This document shows positions 49,924-60,888 of a stretch of DNA of 60,888 nucleotides, piece after piece; the first letter of the stretch is position 1, and every line of letters starts with the position of its first letter. Made by a program: the position numbers and the translations under genes. The DNA lies in contig CAJNYD010000131.1 in assembly GCA_905331295.1 (NCBI GenBank), positions 62,001 through 122,888 on the forward strand. Reading direction: 5' to 3'. The DNA comes from Rotaria socialis (lineage: Eukaryota). Under the pieces are notes generated by a model. It made no database searches and had not been told where the DNA came from. It saw only the letters and a list, made by a program, of their open reading frames with translations.

Positions 49924-52263
49924 TTATAATTTGCTTTTCATTCTATCAAGGTTCTTTCTATAGTCTTGCAAATTGCAATGGCTCGAAATTAGTGATTTTT
50001 CTTCGATTTTTACAGTTTCTTCGTAGTATATACGCGCTTTTGAATAATTTTTCATGTTCTCATAAACTAAACCGATGTTGTTGTACGATGTTGCTACATC
50101 AGGGTGAGTAGAAGGAAGTGATTGTTGTCTAATCGCAAGAGCTTTTTCGTGAGACAAAAGTGCTTTTGCATATTCACCCATGTCGTGATACACTAAACCG
50201 ATGTTGTTGTACGATGTTGCCACATCAGGGTGATTGGAATGAAGTGATTGTTGTCGCATGGCAAGTGCTTTTTCGTGAGACAAAAGTGCTTTTGCATATT
50301 CACCCATGTCGTGGTACACTAAACCAATGTTGTTGTGCGATATTGCCACATCAGGGTGATTGGGAGGAAGTGATTGTTCTCGTATGTCAAGTGCTTTTTC
50401 GTGAGACAAAAGTGCTTTTTCATATTCATTCATGCTGCGATACACTAAACCTATGTTGTTGTGGGATGTAGCCAAATCAGGATGTTTAGAAGGAAGTGAT
50501 CCTTGTCGAATTGTAAGTGCTTTCTCGTAATAAGAATGAGCTTTTTCATATTCACTCATGTTGTAGCATACGTTACCGATGTTGTTGTAGGAGGAAGCCA
50601 AATCAGGATGATTGAAAGGAAGCGATTGTTGTCGAATGACAAGTGCTTTTTCATAATATGAATGTGCGTTTTCATATTCACTCATGTTGGAATACACCAA
50701 ACCTAAGTTACTGTAGGACCATGCAATACCCAGATGATCTTCCTGGGAATACATTTCGTAGGTTTCAATTGATTTTTCATAGAATTGAATTGCTTCTGTA
50801 TACTCTGCTTGCTTGAGTTTACATAAACCAAGTCGATTGTATAGATATCCTTTCTTGTTGTCTCTAGATTCTTGTTTCATTAAAATTTGATAAATTTCTT
50901 CCGCTTTCACTGGTTGGCCTAATTTCATTACCAACACTTCAGCTAATCGTTGCCAACCTGCTTCATCTGGATAAGTTTCTTCACGAATGGTTCCCGTCAA
51001 CGCCTGAAGATCTTTGTCATTATCATTCGTCAGCTCCAATTCGACTCGAAATATACGTGGATTTTTATCTGCTTGTCCGATACGTTTAATACGAAATACA
51101 GTGTGCATGGCAAAAAGAATTTCATCTTCTTCATTTTTAAAATAACCTACTTCAGCAACAGAAGCAAATGGTGTTGTGGATTGTGCTGGATCTATGGTGA
51201 TAACAAAAAGAACACCTACCCGATCATGTATGGAAAGAGCACGTTTGAGGAAATCCATTGCAACCTTTTCTGTCTTACTTGTAGACAAAAAGTTGTTGAA
51301 CGAAATTAAGCCACCTTTATTTTTCGACACATTTTCTAAATCTTCCTTGGACATTCCCTGTCCACGATACACGATGAATTTTTCATTAGCATTTTCACCA
51401 GCGAATTGGTTTTTATGTAGTTCGGTAATATGACGATGGATATCTCCAATAAAAAAGCCCATTTTAATAATTACGTCGACTTCTGATCGGGCCAAAGCTC
51501 GATTGAGCATGCCATACAAGAATGAATCCAATGTATACCACCAAATCGGTGTTTTTATATGATAATCACGTTCCAACAATTTGACGTTGTCTAATTCTTT
51601 CTTATTGTCTTGTTCCAGTGTTTGTTGACAATACTTAGTAAAGTTCAGGATGTGTTTGTCTTCGAATTCAATCTCCAAGAGTATTTCCTTCATGATGTGT
51701 GTATACATGAACATTGGATCTAATTGATCCAGATTCCTTCTCGATATGTCCTTTCCAGTATCCATCATGGTAAACCTGATGGCATTGTGCTCACAGTCCT
51801 TAGCCGATTGCTTGAGAGCATCACATATCAGATTGATATCTGTGAACACTCCCTTGACCTTCGACCAATTCGTAACCCATCGTTCATGATATCGTTTATT
51901 ACTGCAAAAAATAAAAATGGAATCCACTTGAGACATATCGTGCACACGAGGTACAATATGTCTACCCAGTGAACCGGAAATGATCATACAGGCTTTCTCA
52001 TCGCGAATTTCTTCCAAAAACTGGATACAATTTTCACCATCATCGAAAGCTTCGATGGTGTTTATCACTTGTCGTAGCTGTGTAATTGTGTTTTGACTGT
52101 CGGCGTTGTTATCGTTAATATTAGCGTCCAACCAGATGAGAAGCATATTCTGTACCATCTTGATATTCGCTCTCCTATGAGCGGCAGATTGTGTAAAACC
52201 AGCAGGTACACTTGCAGAACCTTTTGCTTTATTCTTCTTTGATCTCGATGAAACACAACCCAT
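49924..52263 (-). CDS. N-acylated receiver-like + R-S-E ADP-ribosyltransferase + TPR protein (779 aa, single coding exon)
   Basis: MGCVSSRSKKNKAK; LLIWLD...CIQFL...ACMIISGSLG...SIFIFC (CheY-like beta/alpha pattern); PIWWYT, LNRAL, VYRGQG, FLSTS, EDEILF; 42-aa HPDxAxSxNNIG TPRs. Putative 5'UTR intron from 52300 to 57025. Confidence 0.9.
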   Translation of the reverse strand: MGCVSSRSKKNKAKGSASVPAGFTQSAAHRRANIKMVQNMLLIWLDANINDNNADSQNTITQLRQVINTIEAFDDGENCIQFLEEIRDEKACMIISGSLGRHIVPRVHDMSQVDSIFIFCSNKRYHERWVTNWSKVKGVFTDINLICDALKQSAKDCEHNAIRFTMMDTGKDISRRNLDQLDPMFMYTHIMKEILLEIEFEDKHILNFTKYCQQTLEQDNKKELDNVKLLERDYHIKTPIWWYTLDSFLYGMLNRALARSEVDVIIKMGFFIGDIHRHITELHKNQFAGENANEKFIVYRGQGMSKEDLENVSKNKGGLISFNNFLSTSKTEKVAMDFLKRALSIHDRVGVLFVITIDPAQSTTPFASVAEVGYFKNEEDEILFAMHTVFRIKRIGQADKNPRIFRVELELTNDNDKDLQALTGTIREETYPDEAGWQRLAEVLVMKLGQPVKAEEIYQILMKQESRDNKKGYLYNRLGLCKLKQAEYTEAIQFYEKSIETYEMYSQEDHLGIAWSYSNLGLVYSNMSEYENAHSYYEKALVIRQQSLPFNHPDLASSYNNIGNVCYNMSEYEKAHSYYEKALTIRQGSLPSKHPDLATSHNNIGLVYRSMNEYEKALLSHEKALDIREQSLPPNHPDVAISHNNIGLVYHDMGEYAKALLSHEKALAMRQQSLHSNHPDVATSYNNIGLVYHDMGEYAKALLSHEKALAIRQQSLPSTHPDVATSYNNIGLVYENMKNYSKARIYYEETVKIEEKSLISSHCNLQDYRKNLDRMKSKL
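50040..50720 (-). repeat. 126-bp near-identical coding repeats (42-aa TPRs)
   Basis: Recurrent GTGCTTTTTCGTGAGACAAAAGTGCTTTT...CCGATGTTGTTG blocks. Confidence 0.9.
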
Positions 52264-53338
52264 TCTTTATCGACTAGAAATGTTTTTGAAGGGTACTAGC
52301 TGAAAAAAAAGAATTAGATTAGGAGGCACTGCATGTAAGTCATCACCACTTAAGCATAACCTTGCTCAATTGATCTCTCCGATTTGGCTCATATTTTTAC
52401 AGTAGATATATCTAGTAGAGTTAGGAATATAACCAAAATTTCAGCTCAAACCGAGCCACCATTCATCAGATATACGTGTTCAAAGTTTTGATTTACGCAA
52501 ATACAGTAAAGTAAAGGTAAAGTTCCATCCCTAGGTGTTACTTAAAATTAAAAAACTTGGATCTCACAATTGGCAGTATTTTTGACATGTACTCTCAAGA
52601 TTATTTTTTGTAGACTTGAGGGTGAGCTCTTAATTTGAAAATGGTTCATCAGTTTTGGTGTTTAGGCCGTCATAGATGGGTAACTAATAACTGATTAATA
52701 TATTTAGTTTTTTATCGAGAAGAAAAACTTATCTGAAAAATAGACTTGGCCGTTCTGAAGAGCACGCTAATCGTTATCAAATAAACTAAGAATGTGAGTT
52801 TTGAAATGTGTTTTTAGCTGTCAGATAAAAAAGGAAAAATGTCTTATTTTTCATGAGTGTCATTGGAATCAGAAATCAATTTCTTCCGCTTTTATTCTGT
52901 TGAGCGTGCACGTCAAAAAGATACTTTCATTATAAATTTTGACTGATGGAATAGACGTCAAATATACAAATTCGCCACTAAGTGCTGTCTGTTCTTCCCT
53001 ACTTTTATCTTTATTTATAAGTTTTCGGTATTTTATTTTTATTTTCAATAAACTATCCTACCTACACAATTGCGTCTATAGAAATTAGACCTATGCGTCA
53101 ATCAAAATTTCATCAATTTAAACAGCATATATAAAAAAATCAGATAAAAAACGAATGTGTGACTATCTTCATTTGCACGCATCGCTGGACGTTTTTTCAA
53201 AACGAATTGCATACATATACATTAGACTATATGACGATCTCCATCGTATCCTGTATCGTTAAAAACTTCAATCAGTTTGGTGAGATTACACGAACGTTTT
53301 TGACGTACATGAAAATCATATCACATGGGTCAAACATA

Positions 53339-56300
53339 CAATGGGGTATACGATTTCATTCTGAATTCTGAAGATAAAAATGAACCATCATTTCAAAAAG
53401 AAAGGAGGGACTAGGGGATCTTTAGAATAATTCACTTCAAGCCTGAATTCTGAATTTATATATGTATAAGTCCCCCATGGGTATGTTTTTTTTTTATGGG
53501 GGACTTAGCTTGAATTCAGTCTATATCTGAATTCATTTATGTATAAGTCCCCCCATGGGTATGTTTTTTTTTCAGATGGGGGGACTTGGGGGGACTTAGC
53601 TTGAATTCAGTTGAATTCTGAATTCAGTTGAATTCTGAATTCTAAATTTTTCAAAATCAATGAAAACTTCCAAAAATCCTAAATTTTCTAAAATCAGCCG
53701 AATCTTCCCAAAACATACGAATTTCCTGGAAGAAAGCAATTTGAGAAGCATCGAATTTCCCAGAAAGAAAGTAATTTTGAGAAGCATCGAATTCTCCATA
53801 TCGGAAGAAATTTAGTATCGAAAGAATATCATAAAATCAGATGCAACCAGCACACTCGAGTTCCCTGTCGATGGAGACATGAATTTTGCTGTATCACTAA
53901 TCATCCTACCGCAACGCTAAGATCCCGATCACCGAATCTCGATGAAAACTAATCACTCGTGTCAAATAACTCCGAAAATCGGTGCAACAATGGACAAGTA
54001 CTCCTGAAAGAAAGAGTAAGAAACCATGTGCCTCCTTCTTCAACGTCATAATACGCACCTCCACACGTGAGCACTCTGCGCCGGGAACACGCTTGTCTAC
54101 ACACACATGCTACAGCCTACGTTGTGGGTGCTGTGAAAGACTAATACGCTTGTCTAAAGGCACACTCTAAGTTCTCAGATGTGAATGCCGCGCATCAAGA
54201 ATACACTTCTCTGCACACTTTGACTTGCAAGACATTGGCCCTGCTTATTTCTGAAGTGCTAATACTAATACTTCTAAATATAGATTTTTAGTTGCCTCCA
54301 CCCAGTACACAGAAATGAATATGATTTGAGTTATAAAACTTGTCAAAGCTTTCTCGGATATGTCGTTTTTGTGCATAACACCGGACCGAACCCAACCATT
54401 GGATTTAGTCAGTTTGTCTCTGATTCATCCGAGTTATATTGGAAGTCCACTGTGGGGTTGTTTGGCGATTGTGATTGCTTGTTGTTTCTTAGTCTCAGTG
54501 ATTAATTGCATACAAAGGGCATGTGTTATGATACAACTGTGGTATCTCATTACCATGTTCGTAATAGATTGTCTACCTGTCTTGTAGTACTATATCTTTT
54601 TCAATAGGGATCGTCCCTCTTAAGGCAACGAGACTAATTTCGTCAGTCATCGTAGTCGCTAGCACTTTCTACGTACTTCTTCGTTATCGTTGTCATTTCT
54701 TTGTATATTTTTATACTTATATTTATTCTGAAGCGAGCACTAGTTCGAAATTTTCGTACCAGTTGATTCTTATTTTATATGTGAACGTTTTTCTCATCAT
54801 TTTTTTGTTGCTACGGATGTTCTAAATATGCATGCTACGTTTTACGGCTAGATAATCGCCAAGCTAAGGTACAATTGTGTGTACCGAAAAAAGTAATACT
54901 TCTGTTGGTTATTTATTTTCTCAAATAGACTTTTTCTTTGTTACAAAAAGCGGGATATGATGAACTAAGATAGCTGAATAAGCTGCTTCCCATTAGCTGA
55001 GTCAAGTTGTAAATCGAATAGCAAAAAGAAAACGCCTTTTTTCTTACTCGAATGAAATCAACATACTAGCTTCTGATGAGAATGCAAAACGTTTCGTAAA
55101 ACTTCATGCTTTTACCTCTGAAAAGGTAATGAAAGTGATTCACCTTTTCACACGAAAAGTCTTTATCCTTATTTAGATGAACTTATTCTGAAATACTTGT
55201 CGGTACCAGCTGCATTACCTTCTTTTGTGCGAATCTTTCCCAAAGCAGATTTTTAATGCATCATCGCTCTGCGCTAACTTCAAAAAATGTATGCTTGCTG
55301 AGATTTCTCAAATGTAATAAAGTTTTGTTGTTGGTTAATTTTTTAGGCTCGAAAACAAGAAAGCTAGTAAAGAGCTTGCCATTCATGAGTCACACATGTG
55401 CCGAACTATTACTGGTATTGGAGATTCGGTAACTATACTCGTACTCGCGGATCAGCATTCGTAATCAAGGAGTCCGTTCAATGCCACCAACGGTATCCCC
55501 TCCTTTACTAGTTAATTTTTTTCTTTCCTCCACAGCCAGCCTCGCTGCAAATACAAATTTGTCTTTCGGACACAGACGGAGCATTGTATGATATAAAATA
55601 CTAAATAAAGCGTTATCCCTACGCCGCAGTTCCGAAAATCAGTGTGAGATCTGTTAACAATAGATATCATCACACAGAACATTATCGTATCTGCAATCTC
55701 AGATTAATTGTTACATTCAGATTCATCGAAACATATCAATATTACATTTGATTCCCTATACTCTTTCAGGAATCTGATCGTCAGATTTTATACAATACTT
55801 CACAGACCACGATTTTCGTGCTAGTTTTTCTGGGATCCTACAACTTCGATACAAGATCAGATGTAGCATCGTGTCAGATGTTAGCCTCTGATTGTTAGCC
55901 CTCAATTAACGCAAGCACAACTCAACATAAAATTGTCAGAATCTGGAGTCCAGTGACCCAGATTCCCATGCTAAATACGGAAGGATCCGACTAAGCTCTG
56001 ATAGACTTCTTTCATTTTCAATCTCAATCCGACAGGAATCAATGACATCCAGATATTGATCCGACTCACTCTTTTGATTCACTTGAACACAGCCATTGCG
56101 TCCATTACTCCCATTCAGTTCCGTAAATAAGAAAACCTGGCGAAAACAAATTTCTGAAAACCTCAAAACACATCTAATCCAGAATACGTACCCTCAAGTC
56201 CCCCCATCCAGAAAAAGACATACCCAGGGGGACTTACACATAAATGAATTCAGATATAGACTGAATTCAAGCTAAGTTCCGCCAGGTCACCCATCCAGAA

Positions 56301-56686
56301 AAAAACATACCCCTGGGGGACTTATGGATGGATATTGAATTCAGATATAGAGTGAATTCAAGCTAAGTCCTCCCAAGTCCCCCCATCCAGAAAAAACATA
56401 CCCATGGGGGGACTTATACATATATGAATTTGTAATTGAGAATTGAGCTGAATAGGTGTTGTTCTCGGAGTATCAGGAATTCGGCTGGCTATTTTAGCTG
56501 TGGTTTTTGCATGAGAAGTATGGAAGCTTAGGAGATTATTGTGAAACTGTGGTGAAGAAATTGCATTCCTTGTCGTGTGGCAGAATTGTTGACAGCTGCT
56601 CCTGGATCCTCTAAACCCCCTGTGTTGCGGAAAGTTGAGGTATTTTTTTCTTTTTTGAATTCAGTTTGAAATGGAATACCCCATTG
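53339..56686. mobile_element. Composite TIR element with long repeat-rich inverted arms
   Basis: CAATGGGGTATACGATTTCATTCTGAATTC vs GAATTCAGTTTGAAATGGAATACCCCATTG; AAGTCCCCC/GGGGGACTT and GAATTC repeat blocks at 53465-53640 are mirrored at 56195-56430. Confidence 0.75.
55164..55320 (+). pseudogene. hAT transposase C-terminal dimerisation domain remnant
   Basis: YPYLDELILKYLSVPAA..FVRIFPKA...HRSALTSKNVCLLRFLKCN resembles the hAT consensus LAxKYLSxPATS..ERxFS...RxxL....LxFLKxN. Confidence 0.65.
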
Positions 56687-57285
56687 ACTCGGGTCAAACT
56701 TGGTCAGTATCTATAAGCTCGAAAATGAAGTTGATGCATAACGAAGTAGATAACTATAAATTAAGCATAACTATTTTATTTCGAACTCTATTGTGGAAAG
56801 GATATGAGAAATGAGTAATGCTCATCCTATATGGATCGGTTAATCCTTTTCTGAAAGAATTTCTACACTGAGCTGGTGTTTGCGACATAATAATAATATA
56901 TTATTGTTCACTTTAAAACGATATAAAAAGAAACTTTACTTGTATTTCTGGTTGTAGCAAATATTTAGTTTGAAGGAATCAAATGCGTGTCGACGTTTGT
57001 AAAAATATATCAAAAGGAAACTTACCTGTTTCTCTTTCTGCAGATATAACGGCCCTACCTACCAATAGTATGTTTCACATATTTATTCTGTTTTTTTTCT
57101 TACTTAAAGATGCATTGAAAAGATATGCATTTCTATCGACCACGATTACTTTTTTCTGACAGCTCATCACCTATTTCGATTAGTAATCACTCAAGTGTGG
57201 AAACTGGGGATAAAACCAACAGAGGATAGGATGAGTAAGATAGAATAAGGCGCTGATCCACGATAAAAACGATCGTCAGATGGCT

Positions 57286-57412
57286 GAGGGTGTGGGTGTG
57301 GGGTTTGTGTTTGTGTGAGACTGGGTATTCTTCTCTGGCTTCACATCCACATCCACCCACACCCACACCCACACCCACACCCACACCCACACCCACACCC
57401 ACACCCACACCC
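57286..57412. repeat. Head-to-head interstitial telomere-like repeats
   Basis: TGAGGGTGTGGGTGTGGG (57286-57303), ~40-bp spacer, then CACATC x2 and nine perfect CCCACA units (57356-57409). Confidence 0.85.
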
Positions 57413-58330
57413 TATTTCCTATGCTGACTTTAATTGTTGTCTCATGTCTTCGCCTAGTTTGAAATTTTCCGTTAAAAGGTCTAAATCAAATTATATTAGA
57501 TGTATAAGTTCAAAGGTTCACTTGATAATGCGAGTCGAAATGACAGTCAATTGTAACCTATAAAGTATCGTTTTGGATTCCTCTCGGTTTTCAAACAAAG
57601 TTCAATTCTCCATAGCCATCTTCATTATTGTCAGTCTGTATGGAATAAAGTTCAGAAATCTGGTGTAGCCATTGTTTATATTACTAAAACTCTTTTTACT
57701 TGGGTTTTTACGTCCCTTGTACTGCTCTCTGCCGTTAGGTCTTATTACATTTTTTAAAGAAGAAAATGCTAAACGAAAATAAGAAAACTTGGTCTTTCAT
57801 TGCTGTCTTTAACATATGTTTACAACATGAGTTGCCAAATTCGAGTTTCAATTATAACTGGATATTGAACTATTATCACTTCGAATAAAAATATGTAAAC
57901 ACACGACGCACCTATGTTGAAATAGCAAAAAACAAAGGAAAAGAGTAAAGTTAATTTATAAATTTATAAAAATTCGCGAGACGCTGTTGTGTTTTTTCGT
58001 AAAACAAATATGTGTACTGAAGATAATTCAAGGATTTTGATTGAGATTAACGCTTCTTTATGTGAAGAAAGTCGTGAATCTAATTTACTTTTAAATGATT
58101 TGAAAACGATGATTAAATGTAATGAAGAAATGTTTCGATATTATATGCATATATTATTCTATTTAGAATTGTATACAGCATATTGCATAGCATTAAGTCT
58201 ACTTTTTCTGCAAATTAGTTTTTGAACATTCCAGTTTTGTTTTAACTATAGGATTGGTACTCATACTAGTACTTGTACTCGAGAAAATATGTACTAGCCT
58301 AGCTCTTGCTAAAAAGTTACTTAAATAGAT

Positions 58331-60241
58331 TTATTTTTTATCAATTGATTTCTTTCGATACATCATTATATCCCATATCGATCTATTCGGATTTGATAAT
58401 TGAACTTCGATCCGATCAGGTTCAAGTAATTGTTCACGACCGTCAAGTACATCCATGGCTAAACGCGCAAGATGCAATGTAACATGTAAAGGATGTTTTT
58501 CTGGTGAATCAGCCCATTCGTCAAGAGACATCCATTTACAAGCAGCTACTTCAAGTGGATCAAACTTAATTTTCTGATTTTCTTCATTTTCATCCAATGA
58601 CATTAGACATGCAAAATGAACATCACCATGTCCAAAACGAAATTGTGCCTTGTATGTGAATGCAAGTATGCCACGAAAATGAGCACGAATACCTGTTTCT
58701 TCAAATACTTCACGTTCAACACCATGTTCGATTGATTCGCCTAAATAGATGAAACTGATTGTTAGCAAACAATGCAAATATATGTTCTACACTGTAAAAA
58801 AAGAGTAGAATAATATACCCTTACCCTTTCTACAAATACTGCTAAACCCTTCAAGGGTTTATGAATCATAAATTTAAGGAGAAGGGTATATGATTCTGTC
58901 TCCTAGGGTATTTTATTCTACGGTTTCGAGAAAGGGTTTATTACTTTCTTACAAAGGGTATTTTACTATACGATCATATATTTATTGATCTACCCTTTTA
59001 TGAAAAAGGGTTTATTGTTCTACTCTTTAATGAAAAGGGTTTAGCATTCTCCGACCAAGGTTTTGTTGTTCTACCCGTAAGAAAGACTTCTTCATTCAAA
59101 AGAAACAGGCTTTTTAGTATTATTTAACAATACGTGGATATAGAACGAAAACTACTTGTTTATTTCATTTATACTTAATCAAACGACTTCTTGAACAAAA
59201 AATAACTACCAATTGGGCAAAGTATTTTTATTTTATTTAGATATTGGTCAACGATTTGTTGAACAATACGTATGTATGACACTAAAATAAATTCTACTTT
59301 TATTTTATTTAGATGTTGGTTAACAATTTGTTGAACAATATGTAAGTATAAAATTAAAATGAATTCTTGTTTTATTTTATTTAGATATCGTCAAATAAGT
59401 CGTTCAATGGTAAGTATAAAATTTGAAAGAAATATTTTTTTCTTTTATTTAGAGTTGGTCGAGCAGGTTATCAAATGGTAAGTATTTTACAAATTTAATA
59501 AATTTATTTTTGTTCTAGATTTACCTCGACATTTCACCGATCTGAAGATATGGAGGGGTTTAGGAAGATAATAAATTCTTTAAGGATCTATTATTCTACG
59601 CTTTTTTAACAGTGTAATAAACTCTTTTATAGGTATGGCACAAGAATAATAAACCGGTTTTTGGGTATGTAAGAAAAGTAATAAACCCTTTTTGGGTATG
59701 GAACCAAAGTAATAAACCCTTTGAAGGATTTATGATACGTTGCACTTTCATAAACCCTTTAAGGGTATATTAATATACGTTTTTTTTTACAGTGTACCTT
59801 ACCCATGTCAAGACATCCACCAGGTATTGTAAAATAATCCTTAACATTAGTAAAACGTTCCTGGATAAGTAATACTTCACGTTTTTTATTTACTACAAGG
59901 CCACCAACACCAACGGTAGACATAGCATAACTAGGTAATTTATTTAGATCACTTTCATCAAGCCAATGAGTTAACATAACATATTCAGGTTTAGCATGAT
60001 GAAGAACAAAACCGAATTTTTGTGCAGTTGGAATCAATTCTGTTTGATCATGTGGTATTGAAAGCCAAATTCCTCTTCGTTTTGCTTGTCTCCATGCAAT
60101 CAATGACTGTTCCAATTGACGTTCAAATAAAGTTACCGTTTTAGCTAAAAGATTTTGATCAACAGTTACACCTGAATAAATATCATCACGACCAGTTAAA
60201 AGTGTGACTTTATCACATTTTTCGTCATGAATAGTACTCAT
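58331..60241 (-). CDS. NUDT6: NUDT6-like Nudix hydrolase (2 exons)
   Basis: DIYSGVTV, LEQSLIAWRQAKRRGIWL, GFVLHHAKPEYVMLTHWL, LPSYAMSTVGVGGLV; Nudix box GCLDMG|ESIEHGVEREVFEETGI spans the intron 58741-59802. Confidence 0.88.
58790..59794. mobile_element. CACTG-ended CMC-type non-autonomous element in NUDT6 intron
   Basis: TA-CACTGTAAAAAAAG ... TTTTTTTTTACAGTG-TA; AAGGG/ACCCTT subterminal repeats; internal tandem units at 59150-59520. Confidence 0.9.
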
Positions 60242-60667
60242 TTTTGATAATTTAATAGTAATATATTTTTTTGACGAATAGCATAAATCGTTGGAGTGGC
60301 TAAATATGATAACCAATGAAGAGAATGAAATGGTAGACACATAGCGACATATGGGGAGAGGACATTGTAATACCTGGGGTGAGGGTGAGTCAAAAAGCAT
60401 ACTGTTATCGTGATTTCGACCTTGCTTAAGAGTCTCATCAAATGGTTTAATTGCCTATGGATTCTGTTCGAATTAATCAAACTACATTTCTTTGTGAATT
60501 AGATTTCTTTAATCTAGTAGTATAATTAGAACAAGCATAAGTCGATGGCGTTTTATCTTTCTCAGGTTTGTTGAAAGCAGATTTCCATTGATTCAAATTC
60601 ATTTTTCGGTACGACTTGCATGATATATTACAATAAATGAAAGAAAGGAAGAAAAAAAACTGGTTTT

Positions 60668-60839
60668 AAGACACTGGCTTGATGGTGATAGCTCCTGTTG
60701 CATCGCATCAGAAATATGAGATTCATATACTTTGGTGTCTTGTTTATCATCTGATATTTTATGCAAATGGACAGGACCAAGATATCAACTAAATGATCAC
60801 TTAAAATCGTGTCCTTTTCAACAAATACGTCCTATTCTA
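60668..60839 (+). pseudogene. RING/TRAF-type zinc-finger gene remnant
   Basis: RHWLDGDSSCC (RING tail-like) and VSCLSSDILCKWTGPRYQLNDHLKSCPFQQIRPIL (CxWxG...H...C); in-frame stop upstream; cut by TE at 60840. Confidence 0.6.
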
Positions 60840-60888
60840 CACTGTAAAAAAAAGGGCAGAATAATGAACGCTTGCCCTTGATTTTTTT
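60840..60888. mobile_element. Start of a second CACTGTAAAA CMC-family copy (runs off window)
   Basis: TA-CACTGTAAAAAAAAGGGCAGAATAAT matches the left end of 58790-59794. Confidence 0.8.

Noticed and set aside
50160..52256. Short antisense or alternative-frame ORFs over ART-TPR (likewise over NHL, INTS3, WWE-ART and RT)
   Set aside because: Shadow ORFs of real coding sequence with no motifs of their own.
55073..55100. CTGATGA followed by a weak hairpin (hammerhead candidate)
   Set aside because: No GAAA after the stem (reads CGTAAA) and no stem I or III.
57187..57563. ORFs encoding GV and HP dipeptide repeats
   Set aside because: They are translations of the (CCCACA)n tract.
59759..60400. 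213-aa ORF as the full NUDT6 first exon
   Set aside because: It starts at a non-ATG codon and runs past the donor into the TE; the supported exon is 60241-59803.

Overview
AT-rich eukaryotic DNA with short GT-AG introns. Gene content (NHL, ART-TPR and WWE-ART families, Penelope remnant, TGTGGG tracts) points to a bdelloid rotifer (inference). Bases ~1.5-16.1 kb form a compact housekeeping block: GH38 alpha-mannosidase (+), then INTS3, ENGase (GH85) and a gankyrin/PSMD10-like gene packed head-to-tail on the minus strand, possibly as an operon. Bases ~16.6-60.9 kb are an accessory, TE-rich zone. It holds a secreted unknown-domain/NHL gene broken by a MITE, three toxin-type (R-S-E) ADP-ribosyltransferase genes (WWE-ART; one intact lipid-anchored receiver-like/ART/TPR gene; one paralogue split by five nested insertions), a NUDT6-like Nudix gene, and MULE, Tc1/mariner, CMC, hAT, LINE and Penelope elements. 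Best leads: two hammerhead ribozyme motifs (one canonical and antisense in the predicted 3'UTR of the ART-TPR gene), telomere-like tracts bracketing that gene, the ADP-ribose writer/reader/possible-eraser cluster, and the candidate trans-spliced operon. All calls were made by eye; no database searches were run.
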